A stretch of DNA of 58,924 bases, counting the filler, from Sphacelaria rigidula (Eukaryota), in the NCBI GenBank assembly GCA_964200075.2. It is 3 parts of 3 records of this genome, joined end to end, with 100 filler letters (N's around TTAATTAATTAA, not from the genome) between each part and the next. Parts side by side here need not be neighbours in the genome. Positions count along the whole stretch, not along the records: positions 19,681 to 39,259 come from CAXNAA020000644.1; 2 more parts are not named here. One strand, written 5' to 3'. This document shows, one piece after another, positions 25,501 to 37,418 of this stretch. Positions within the stretch are counted from its first letter, which is position 1; each line of letters starts with the position of its first letter. Made by a program: the position numbers and the translations under genes. The notes under the pieces were generated by a model. It worked only from the letters and a program-made list of their open reading frames with translations. It was not told where the DNA came from and ran no database searches.

Positions 25501-28500
25501 TCGTAGTAAGCCTGGTATACAGTGCTCATAACCCCCTTCTTGCGGCGAATCATGCACTCGATCACACCAGTGTGCGCCTCTACCGGCTGATTGAGGAAGG
25601 CTCGCATAGTGGCCATGGTGAACGGCTCCGTCCGGGGCGTACTGTCACGATAGGAGCGGAGGTGAAAAAAACAATCAGTTGCAATACCATCGAGAGAATA
25701 GGCTGCCGGAACTACAGAGAAGAAACTTCAATCGATTCATGAAAGGAATGCGATGTACAGGTTTGTACATGTAAGGCCACCTCGTTTTCTCATCAGTCTC
25801 ACGGTCAGACAAAGAAAGACTAAGGTACTCTCCCACTGCTGTCGATATGGGCGCAGGATGCACACAGCCAAAAAACATGCAACGGCGGCAACGATCGAAA
25901 TAGACAGGGTACTTTGAAATTGAGATGAAAAAGGCGGTGGGGGTATCGCACGAAACCTAATGCAATGGTCTCAAGTGCTGGCGAACAACCTGGCATGGAC
26001 CTCCAAGTTTTGAGGTCGCTTACAGATGCTACGGTGATATCATTGATCAATCATGCTCACGGTAGGTTAGCACCCACTCCGGCCACTCCTGTTCCAGGCG
26101 AGGTCTCCTGTTCAGGTTCCTCTTCGTCAGACATATCTGTATCATCGTCCGGCTGGTCGGGTGACGCAGGCGATGACGGTGACACGGGCGACACGGGCGA
26201 CACAGGCGACACGGGAGCTGCGTTCGAGTTCTCGACCTCCTCTTCGACCTCCGCAATCTTCTCCACTTCCAAGGGGTCCAAGGGAACGACGTCTTCGTCG
26301 ACGCTAATGTGCAACGCCTTCTCTTGTCGCGCCTTCTCCTTCGCCAGCGCGCGCAATCGCCGTTGTTCCTCGGCCTGCTGCTTCCGAAGTCTCGCCCGCC
26401 GTATTCTCCAGTGACGGATAATTTTTCGTGAGCACCTCCGCTCATAGAACGCCATGATTTCCTCCAAGTGTTCGTGCTCCGCCCCCCTTGTGGAATCAAG
26501 TCAGTACAGTGCATACAGGACAAAGGTAACGGGCTAAGCCCTGGCATTTCTACCACGTTCAATCCATACCGGTTGCCGAGTTGAACGTATCGGCGTTCAG
26601 CTTCTAATCTGTCGGTCGTACGAGCACGGTACCTTTGGTCGATTGTTGCAAAGTGAGCTGCGAAAATATCAACTTCAAAACAATAATGCCTCCAACACAG
26701 ATACCCAACACTCCCCAAAACAACACCACCACACACATTCCCACCCCATCAGATCCCCCCCCCCCCCCCCCCTCCCAAAAAAAAATATATATATACTCCG
26801 AGCAAAGGCTACTAGAACTCATGCTAAGTGACGAAACGCGGTCAGAGTTACCGATAAATGATTGCACGACATACGAAGAGACACAACAGAAGCACTCACC
26901 TGATGAATATTTGCGTTGTACCCATCTCGTACTTGGAACGCTGATCTAGCGCACGCGATCCGCGCGTATTTCCGCTGCTGTCGTCAACCATCAAGTTGCT
27001 TGCCAAGGCTAAACACGCGGTGGCCTGAACACTTTGGTTGCCGTTGAGCACCTCTCGTGTGACCAAGTGTGGCGGACCCAGTTTCTGGTATCTTTGAAGA
27101 AACTCCGTATGGGAGACATTTACCCCGACGAATTTGTACACCTTGTAGAAACATGATGGAGCGAAAAAAACAGACAGTATGACATCACAAAATTAGCAAC
27201 AACTTTTTTTTCACAGGCTTGACTATTTACGCTTTTGGTATGTGTATGCACATGGAACAGGCGAGTTCACCGGTGCTGATCCCTCAAGCTCCTTCAAGCC
27301 GCCTTTGGCAGTTACAGTAGCGCACCTGAGCCGCCTCGACAATGCTCGCCGACAGCAGCTGCTGCGTCACGTACTCGTCCTCAAAAAGCACTGGATTATT
27401 CTCCATGTTGGGACGAATACAGAGAATGTATTGCACCTGAGCGGAAGAACAGGGAGGAAGTAGAGGTAAGCCGTTGTCCCCGGTTGACACATCCTGGCAA
27501 ACTCTGCTTCACGTTGTGTCAGAATGCAAACGTGTCCCCTTGTTTTGGCGATACCGAAAGCGGGAAGGTGGTCAAAGTAAGGACTACTGTGGAGATGACC
27601 CGCACCTCAGTGGAATGGATCCGCTCAACCAACGCCTTCAGCTCCCCCTTGAAGCGGGAGCCCATGCTTTCCCTTTTTGAAACAACTTGCCCCCCCTCCA
27701 TAACTGAAGTTACACGCTTGCCAGATCGCCTGTTGAAATAGTCAAACATGCATGGAGGGCCGACGACACACGGCGAAACACAAGAAACTGTTGCAGTGAA
27801 CAAGGACGGATCTTCCAACGCGATGAGTCGGCAGTGATAATGACACCTCGGACCCACAGGCAAGGCCGAAGGAATCGACTACAACGTCGCTTAATCCTCC
27901 ATCATGGGTGTTGGACAGGTGTTACCGGGCAGCACTTCAAACGTGGTGGCGGTTACTTACGCTGACCCCCCTCTGGCGGATCCCGTCTCCTTTTGCTTGA
28001 ACATCGCCAGGCGGGCCTTGAAGTCTTGTTGTGCCGGCATAGCTTCACCCCCACCGCCCGTCCCCTCCGCTCCATCGGACGTGTAGGCGTACACCCTGCA
28101 AAAACGGCAATGCGTGACCGAGGTTCACACGGAACGCACATGATGACCGGTGTTTGACAGGTCACATGCCCATAAGAACGTTGTGCACTACATCAACGAC
28201 ATGCGACACGCATGCACGACATCGAATCGCCAATCGAACAACTTTTTTGAGGTGAGGAACGTTCAATCCTCCAGCTGGCCGGGCGTACTACGCCACATCG
28301 CAGTGTCCGACGACTCACGACCAGCCAGCCGCATAATAACGCACATTTTAACCATGTTGTTCACGCTCGTCCCCAGCAACTTGGCAACACTTGTGTGCAG
28401 TCTATCCCTGTTCCGCTCCACGAAGCCATCCGCGTCGTACTTGACGGCATGATTGTAGTGGTGCACGGTGAACTGCTTCTGCCTCGAGTTTGCTCGCAGC

Positions 28501-31500
28501 TGTTGCTCGTACTTCACCTAACTCACGCGTGGGGCAAAACGGCGGGAAGATGGCCTAAATGAAAAGACCAACAGGTTGAGCAAGCCTGGCTATCTGTCGG
28601 TCAACACGAGCTGTGACAGCATGTCGCACAGCCGCCTGCAAACCCGTGTACCTGGTATAGTTCTGTTGTCTTCATCGGGAATGAAACTGTCCTCGCTCGC
28701 AATCGAAACAGGAACCTCGAAAATGCGCTCGTGATGCAGTGTGAAACTCAAAACAACTACTGCTCAGGGGTGGTGCGGGACAATTGCGATGAAAGGGGCT
28801 TAATCTGTGCGTACGTCACTGGTGGCGGTGTACCAACGTTCGGTGTCGTCACCCATGACGCGTGAAGCTAGGTACCTGTGTGTATGATTCCAGCAACGCC
28901 ACGAATCCGCTGTCTGTTCCATGAGGAAGCAGGCACTCTTCATCCAGCATCGAAAGGACTCCCCTTGATGATGTGAACGAAACAACAGCAACGCTCGGTT
29001 GTGTGAAGATCTCGTGCATGACAGGAACTGCGAAAAAGACGGCGAAAATTTCGAAACAGCGCTACCCATTCATCATAGACACGTTTTATGAGTGACAACA
29101 CTAGTACGTGCCGGTGAAAACGAATCAATTATCGCATGGGAAACACAACTTACCGAAGGATCCAAGCGCGATCTCAACTCATGCACGAGGTCACATCACA
29201 TAATGGGGAAGGAAAGAGCACATCAGTGGCGAAATGATTCACAAATACATGGTACCTGTGGCCCTCCAATGTGTCCAGAATTGTCGTGTTGTCGCGGTAC
29301 ATGAACTTCTCGCAGTCGATCCCTTCTTCCGCGCACAACCTTTCCACAGACTTGAACACATCCTGCGAAATTCACACGGCGGCAGTTTTCAGGCGACAGG
29401 CGATACGACACCACTACACTGAAGTGCGAACACTTTCATCACGCCTTAAGACCCGATAGAAACGTGCGTGGTATCACAGTGACCCCCACGAGCCAAGCGA
29501 ACAGTGTGACATGCCCAGATTATTGCTTGCGCCCTTTGCCGTGGCGCTGATGGTGAAAATGCTTCCCGGCTAATCAGCGGCCTTTAAATTGTTCTGAAAT
29601 TTAGGATGCGAGGTCTCGACTCAATTTTAACTCAATCTCATCATGAATAAAATCTTAGTAACACCATCAGCTGGGGAATCTGACGCCAATAAACAGACTT
29701 GCAAACGGTTTGTCTGGGATCTCTAGAACCCGAAATGTGGTATTTCGTTCATGTCGGGTTTTGGCGTCGTCGGGTTATCATTAATAATATGCATCGACGG
29801 CCCGGAAAGTCTCGTGACGTTTTCCCTTGAAAATTTCGTAAAAAGCTTCGATTATCCTCAAATTTAGCAATTTAGAAGAAAAGGGATCTACAAATGGAAA
29901 AAAAATCGTTCGAGAAGCTTCATCCGCTCTTTACCAGCTTCCGGGGGTCTCAGCGTGAAGATCCCCAGAAGCCGGTACAAATTACTTCACAATAGGAAAA
30001 AAATGGATTTGACTCGTCACTAAGTAGTCGTGGGGACGTTCGTACAAAGTTTGGTTGCGTAACTCGTAAAGCTGATCCCAAATGGTCGATCTAAGCTCAA
30101 CCGCACAAGGAGACTGTCGGTGAAATACTATAATCAAGTGATTAAAATGGAGGGGGTTCCGCGCACACCAGTATACTTCAACGTACAAACGTACAAATGC
30201 TGGAATTTTGCACACGGGTGCTCTGGGATACTTGGAAGGGCTGAATAAGTGGGGTCTTTTTTACTTTTGATTTTTTGCGCCAAATATATGGGGTCCCAGG
30301 AGGGGGGGGGGGGGGCGTGAGCAATCGCAGGGGAGCAAATTTCGATCGTTAACCCTTACCCAGTCTGTACACCAATTAGTGGCAAACGAGTCTATGGTCA
30401 AGGCAAGATCAAACAAGCCTACCTAATTAGGGGCACATAGACACAAAGTGAAAGAGGGTTATTCGTGCTTCAGTGAAACGAACCTGGATAAACATTTGCT
30501 GGAGCTTCTCGCTGGCGTAGTTGATGAGGAGCTGCTCAAAGCCGTTACGCCTAAACGACTCGAATCCGAAGATATCGATGAGAGAGATCGTTCCCGCTGC
30601 CTCTTCCGACTCGGTGCAACTGCGGTGCCACACAGCGACAAGCAACCGTTTACATCCGGGTACAGTGAGAGAGCTATCAAGCCGTTTTATCGACATTTTC
30701 CCAACTTGCCCAAGGAGTGCCACGTCTATTCAGCTGTGAACACGAGATCTTAAAAATTGGGTATGGATCTTTTATTGGGGATGAGAAACCGGAGGATTAA
30801 AAACTTCGTATCCACACCAAATCTTCGAAATATGGTTCTATTTCCTCACCTACTGACAGCCTTTGACAACTGCTACACGCCATAGAAATTTGGATTCCGA
30901 TCACCGGAATGTTGGGGTCCTAGGTGAAAAAACAATCTCGGAACCATTTTGGCGCCCGTTCGGACACCCGGAATTCCCCAAAATTGCTTCTTCACCTAGG
31001 GCCCCAACATTTCGGTGATCGAAATCGAAATTTGTATGGGGTGTAGCAGTTGTCAATAGCTATCAGTAGGTGTAGAAATGGAATCATATTTCGAAGATTC
31101 GATGTGGATACGAAGATTGTGATTCTCCGGGTTTCTCATCCCCAATAAATGATCCATCCCCAATTGGTAAGATCCCGTGTTTGTGGCACCAACCCCACTC
31201 CCCCCTCGTTCTTGTGGCCCTATACAGACGTTCAAAATTTATTCCCAAAACCACCATAAGACATGTGAAGGCTTCTGCAAGAAATTCATCAGCTGCAGGA
31301 GTGTCGCGCCACTTTTGACGATAGCCCTCCCCCCGAACCAGCCCAAAACTGTCACGAAAAAAATGGTCATGTAGCACCTCATGTTCATTCTCAGGCTGCA
31401 TGAAGCGCTTATATGGGCGACATTGACGTATACGGACCCATGCGTGGTAATTCCCAGACCTTTTGAATTTCGATTTCACGTGTAGATTTTGCCTACCCAA

Positions 31501-34500
31501 ACCAGCCAAATTTTTTCGGGGGGCTATCGTAGAAACTGCCTTCCAATGCACATGCGTAATCTGGTTTCGTGAGCTGATCTTTTCTGCACCCTCCCAATAA
31601 GGAAAGGGTATGACACAGTATCCAGGAACTCCGAAACTCAGCCGCCTTACTGCTGCTTTCAATCACCATATCAGCTCGACCTTCCTGACTCACGGTCAAA
31701 TCGTACAAAAGTCAAGCAAACAAGGTGAATCCTTGCTCCGACTTCGGGAAAATATTTCCAAGGGGCTGACCACATTCATTTTCATAAATCTGACCGCGTC
31801 TGGTGGCCTAATTGCTTGGATTCCGAGTACTCCCCTCTCTCCTCTCCTCATCAAATTCCGGCTTATCGAAAAGCATTCGGTGCTGTATTGCAACTGAAGT
31901 ATGTGTCAACTCTTGACTTGCCCAACCCCTCCGGGTTCCGTGCGTCGATAGTTCAGTTACGATGGAGTTGGTGTATAGCAATTGCATCGAACGTTCGGCA
32001 AGGGAACTCAGTCTGTCAGCCTTTGCAAAATCCAGCATCAAACCTGGCGCTTTACATCAGCACAACAGAGAGGGATTCATTGTCAGGTCTCAGACCGACT
32101 CGAGAGGGAGTCCTTCGAAATTCCTGTTCAAAACTGCCTTTCTGACCCTTCTCCGTCGTTTTACGCCTGAAAAGTGGGCTAGGTGGACATTGACGCCTTG
32201 GAAGGACTTTTTCTACTCATAGGACCGTTCCAGGGCAAATTTGCATTCGCCGCTGGCTGCACTCTAGTTTTTGGCCAAACATGGGTCATCAATAAAAACG
32301 GTCAAGCGAAAAAAAAACAGGGGAGAATTTTAATCACCTGACCGTTTTTCACTGAAATTCCTTGTTTGACCTGGTTTGGCCAAAAACCAAACTGCGGCCA
32401 GCGGAAAATACAAACTTGCCCTGGAACGGTCTCAACGAGTAGAGCAAGTCATTCCAAGGAGTCAACATCCGCCAAGCCTTTTCTTCGGGCGTAAATCGAC
32501 GGAGAAGGGCTAGGAGGCAGTTTTCAACAGGAATTTGAACAGCTCCTATTAGAGTTGGCCTCAGGGGCAGAATCTGACTTTTTGGTACTAGCGTTGGAAC
32601 ATTGCCTGATTACCCATGCAACAGGGTATAAGAGAACATAACAACGCTCCGAAACACCAAAAACATCTCCACTCGACGTCGGTTATGATTTGACCCTCAC
32701 AGGGAAAACTCTAGTGTGAATAGACTCGCCTCGTGGCCTCATTGATCTTCTTCAACAGGTAGTTGAAGATCCCAAGGTAAACATCCTTTGCGAGGGCATC
32801 CCTGGCGGCTTGAGCCTCCCCCACTTTGTTCGGCTTTACAAACTTTTCGCGAGCCACCTGCAACGGCCGTGTCAATAAAGCGCCTGACAGTTCCTCTGTG
32901 CTAAGGCCCAACAGCTCAGCCGCAATCTCCAGTGACTCCGTCATTCCCCCTTGAAGCTTACTGGAATCGTCAGTACGCCCTGTGTCAGACACGAATTCCA
33001 ACTGGCCCGGCACAAACAACGGCGAAAACAAGCGGTGGCGTTGAGTAAAAGTGCCGCGTGCGCTCAATACAGAACTCTCAGGCGAAACGACTGATGTCAT
33101 TCTTTCCACGCGTCCTCTTTTTTTTTCGGACTCGAGTTGCACTGGCGTGGGCATTTCGTCCTAAACTGTGAAGATCTCGGGGTAATAAAACTAAAGACAG
33201 TATTTTCGAAGCCGTACTTTCAATAGCTGTGTGGAATTGCGATGAAAAAAACGAGTGAAGTCTTGTGATACACGCGAGGAACATACTTTTGTGGTGATTT
33301 CTCGACTATTCTTTTGAGCTACTCAGAATACTGACATTTTACGAACTTCGCGCACGGCGTTTGATCACCTTTATTTGTGGTTTGTAACCTAGGGGGATCA
33401 TGGATACCAGCATTTCACTCGTTTTCCCACAGAAAGCTTCGCTGCCGATCGAACATTAACGGAGTTCAGGGCTAACCGGTGTTTCAGGGTCATGGGATCA
33501 TCATCCGTGGATTTCGGCTTCACCCTCTGCCTTGTATCCATCCCAGCTTATACAGGCTACAATCTAGTGTACCAAGCATCGCGGTGTTCAAGAAAAAAAG
33601 AATATTTCTCAAGACGCGCGCGTCCGGGGGGCGGGGGTCGTATCTAGTTTAGAGTACTGTACTGTATTCGAATGCCGGTTCATCAGCTGTAGTCATGAAG
33701 ATAATCAAACACAAGCTGGAGATTATGCCGAGGTAGGTCCACGTAAACAAAAAAATCAAAGTAATTCGACAAAACTCAAGTCTTATGAACAAAGAATCGA
33801 AAACAACCCTGTTGTGTTCCATCTCGGATCATGCGTCAAATAATGTTCCCCTCGTGTCGAAAAAAAGGCTGAAGAAATAAATAAACCATGACAACACATC
33901 GTGGAGCAACCCATTCAAACGCATAGAATGCTACAGCATGGCAGTGACGAACGCCCCTGTCCCGTACCAGGGCGAGTACATGGTTTCACGGCTTCCAATG
34001 GGAAGTTCTCCTCGGGCGTATCCCTCACCTGACCCAGATGAAGGAGTCCCCCCAGTGCCTTGAAGACGTCTTTCTCATCCTCAATATCAATACCCAGCTC
34101 GCGGATGGCATCCTGCACCTCTGCTAGCCCTGTGAAATCCTGGTCCTCGGCTGGAGCGTGTGTAGTGAGATACTTGAAGTCGTTTGACGTTTTCCCTGCA
34201 GTTGTGCATGTACGATGCGGGACGAAAATAACCCTCGTTGAGGTGTGCAGAAAACGTCGGGTGGTACACCAAACCGTGCGGCGACCTTGTCCCTTGTCCC
34301 TTGCCCTCATAAATGCATTCGCTTGTGTTCGGACAGCGGAGAGAAAAATAAACGCAATCGAGACGTACGCCAACTACTCTGCAACGTTAGGCTACGGCAG
34401 ACATGATGTCAGACTCGTATAAAAACTCCACGCACATGCATAAATTAGGTCTTGACCCAGCACTCACATACAACGTTAGACTACGGAAATGCTGCACACG

Positions 34501-35907
34501 GAGCATGGTTGAAAAAGTGTGGGAAAATACACAGGAAAAACGAGCATGCCCGTCTCAGCGGCTAGCCAGGAAATCACACGTTGCCGCCCCGGGAAAGAGC
34601 GGAGAAGCAGGCATAGCGTTGCACCTGAAAGTTGCATGGAGCTCTTGAACTCTTCATCGTCCGAGCCCACCATCTGATAAAAAACGTGAAAATTACGCTC
34701 TCGCGACGAGCGTGACACGACGCGACTTTTCTCCAAAAGGTAAGTCCGGTTAAGGGAACCGACCATCTTGGGGATGTCACCATCGTCAAACTGCAGCTGG
34801 GTGACCACCCCGTAGCGACTGCTATTGTTGTTACCCATCTGAGAGGTTTAGAAGCGAGAGAGCACAGCAAGTGTGGTTGGTGTCTTCCTGGAGAGGAAAC
34901 ACAAATCGCTCATGTGCATGGCAAGTCCTTCGTGGATACACTGGCACGGTTGGGTACACATGGATCTCAAGTGAGTGCTGACGTAGCACTCATGTCTTGG
35001 AGCCGTGATACCTCAATAATGACGGCACATGATCACGACTGCTCGATGATAAAGGCCCAGGTACAAAACAATCTGTTCAGCAAGAGCGTTGTCCTAAATT
35101 GTCCTAGTACCTAAGCAGCACTCTAAGGCCAGAAGATCGCGAAATAAACACGGCTCTTCATCGTGAGCATTAAACTCTCAGCCTCATGCCTGTACACAAA
35201 AATTTCACGAGGAAGCCGGCATACGTGTGTCAGCGCGCACCCGCGTCACTCGGATATCAATCCAAAACAAATCAATTAAGTTCGTATCATTTGCGCAACC
35301 TGTACAATGATAATGAACAGCATTAGCGAAAAGTTTACTGTGTACAACATTGTTTTTTCTTTGTTTATATACAGTATCGAATCCATGATCTACAACAATA
35401 GACAACATATTCGCTACTATACGCAGTACACTTTTTTTCGCCCATGTCATCCATTATAATTGTCAAGGGTGTGACGTTTTGACATGGGTACGACGCAACG
35501 CTGGCATCCATGGTGTTTCGATACTACCGATTGCATAGTTAAAATAATTTCCTACGCCATGGATGAACACTGAATGCATGCCAAGATCTCTTGCTACCAT
35601 CTGTAGCTACCGTCGGGCCGGCAAGGAATCCCGACGAATTTTGATCAAACTTTCGGGCGTGTTTTCGAATACAAGGCGTTCAAGATATACATCAAACAAA
35701 GTGCATACCATGACAGCATTTCCAAAGCTCTCGAGAACCACGGTGCACTCCACCATGTGCTGAATACGCTCGCTCCCAACTCCTCCCTCCTCCGACCCAG
35801 CAACGGAGGCCAAGTGACCAAGGAGAAGCTTAGCCGTCTCAGTTTTCCCCGCGCCTGAAACGCCGCTGATGAGAATGCTCTGATCTTCCTGACCCTCCAG
35901 CAAAGCA
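22557..35907 (-). CDS. Unconventional myosin with divergent motor domain, one IQ-like motif and a C-terminal Tubby domain (5' end unresolved)
   Basis: Phase-consistent exons: 35907-35709, 34838-34625, 34195-34029, 33001-32730, 30619-30484, 29362-29256, 28963-28876, 28517-28345, 28095-27961, 27729-27606, 27436-27326, 27141-26900, 26632-26570, 26486-26061, 25641-25500, 25039-24867, 24600-24501, 24295-24164, 23205-23023 (1062 codons), plus a tentative last exon 22628-22557. Myosin motifs: [77 protein letters not shown]. Tubby motifs: GKVK...[50 protein letters not shown]. Confidence 0.88.
22821..22918. mobile_element. 98-bp piggyBac-type miniature element
   Basis: Flanked by TTAA and TTAG. Termini are CCC...GGG with TIR CCC(G/T)TAGACCGCGAG. 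A reverse-orientation copy of the same length lies at 55953-56050. Confidence 0.8.
23023..25641 (-). other. Tubby (Tub) domain-encoding exons of the myosin gene
   Basis: Five exons translate to [22 protein letters not shown]...LLMTAKK...YIIAMNP...LGKVK...VYDNG...RKEIAAV...GPRKLEVLV...[27 protein letters not shown]...IMQFGR...[19 protein letters not shown]. This is colinear with the TUB/TULP domain consensus. Confidence 0.9.
29565..29810 (+). repeat. Copy of dispersed repeat family A in a myosin intron
   Basis: Same motifs as 17040-17290 and 53935-54185. Confidence 0.7.
30733..31187. mobile_element. Foldback element (~210-bp arms, ~40-bp loop) in a myosin intron
   Basis: ttattggggatgagaaacc...atcttcgaaatatg...ttgacaactgctacac...gatcaccg.aatgttgggg.cctaggtgaa (30770-30930) is mirrored at 30985-31150. 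Confidence 0.85.
32111..32540. mobile_element. Foldback element (~175-bp arms, ~80-bp loop) in a myosin intron
   Basis: aaattcctgtt.aaaactgcct...cccttctccgtcg...gaccgttccagggcaa...gtttttggccaaac (32118-32280) is mirrored at 32375-32537. A single diverged arm lies at ~37520-37690. Confidence 0.8.
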
Positions 35908-36890
35908 CTTTCAGGAGTGCAAAGCAAACAGATGGATCAAGAACGGACGCCACGACGTTTGCGTTTGGAGGTACGTCACCACGCTGCGATACTCCGTTTG
36001 AGGTCAAAATAAGACTACTTTTGGAGGCAAAAACGTAGAAGGGCAGTACAAATCGAACCAAACGTGGACGGTTTTCACCACGCTTACGCACTAACTTGCC
36101 AAGAGACATGATGGAGATACACGAGGTGTCACGCGGGGACGAGAACGGCTCACGGCGGAGCAACGGAGGGCACAGACGTATCAGTGGTCACATCGACTAT
36201 AAAGGGGCGCTTTACGGAGCTCAGAATACTTGCGGGAAAAGCTAGACTCACCTTTCAAAGTACGTCGCCGTAAGGGCATGCATGCAACAGATTGGTCAAC
36301 TCTTGGACCGACAGATAGTAATAGAACCATGATATCGCACGAGTGTTGTCACGGTAGCGCCGCCGTAATAAACCACTGTGCTCATCCATTCCGGCAGCCA
36401 CATACGAATATGTGGCATAGGCATCACATGACCGGCTTCCGAGAACAATTGGCGAGTGAGGTGTGGTTCATTTGCGTTGGTCGTGATTCCAAACCTTTGG
36501 AAGCACGGTGACTTTGATCTGGGCCGTCCTAGAGGCGAATCTGTAGGTTGCAGGTCCGTTCTCACCTTAATTTTGGGGGTTGGACTTTCGAATTCAGTAT
36601 GGAGAATCAACAGGACAAACTAAAAAAATAACCTTTGGGGTGTTGAGATTTTATTTTCATGACTTCCAGACTTTACCATAAAAAATGGATACTGTTTGCC
36701 TCCAACTCATGAAAAATAACCTTATCGTGCCAAGGTCATTATTTATTTCACATCCTGCTGATTCTTCATGTCAAGCTTGAAAATCAACTCTCACAACTAA
36801 GGTGAGAGTAGGGAATCTGGAACCTGGGCCGGTGGATTCGGCACAGTGTTTTGCAGGCCAAACACAAGCCCAGTTTTGGTACTGGTGCTA

Positions 36891-37418
36891 CTTCCTGTCC
36901 CATAAGTAAAGGTACCTAAATTTATACAGGCCCCTGACGATATCTGTTTTTTTTTTTTTTCAATGAACTCTACGGTGCTTTTTGGGTCAAGAAAATGTAT
37001 ATAAAATTTGAAGTTCTTGCTTGAACCATGCCGCCGAGCGGCTGCAAAAACAGTGTCGTTTTCTTTTATCGCGTGAGACTTCCTGGCCGTTTTTTGCCCC
37101 TTTCCGAGGGGAAAAAAAGTGTCGATTTTTTTGGGGTCGCGTGGGACTTCCTGGCAGCAAGCCCCAGTAAAGGCGTGGGCGATGAATAAAATAAAATAAA
37201 ACGACACTTTTTTTCCCCCTCGGAAAGGGGCAAAAAACGGCCATTTTCGGGCCGACTATTTTTGTTGCAGCCGTTCGGCGGCATGGTTCAAGCACTAGCT
37301 GCAAATTTCGAACACATTTTCTGAACCCAAAAAACACCGTAGGGTTCATGAAGAAAAAATCGGACATCGATAAGGGCCCGTACAAATTTAGGTACCTTTA
37401 CTTATGGGACAGAGGAAG
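36891..37418. mobile_element. Stowaway-like (Tc1/mariner-type) MITE
   Basis: TA on both sides (36889-36890, 37419-37420). Termini are CTTCC(TC)TGTCCCATAAGTAAAGGTACCTAAATTT, and imperfect inverted arms run for about 230 bp. Confidence 0.85.

Noticed and set aside
28652-28715. Extra small myosin exon
   Set aside because: The candidate splice sites give the wrong phase or a stop. Direct joining of 28876 to 28517 is in frame and of the expected length.
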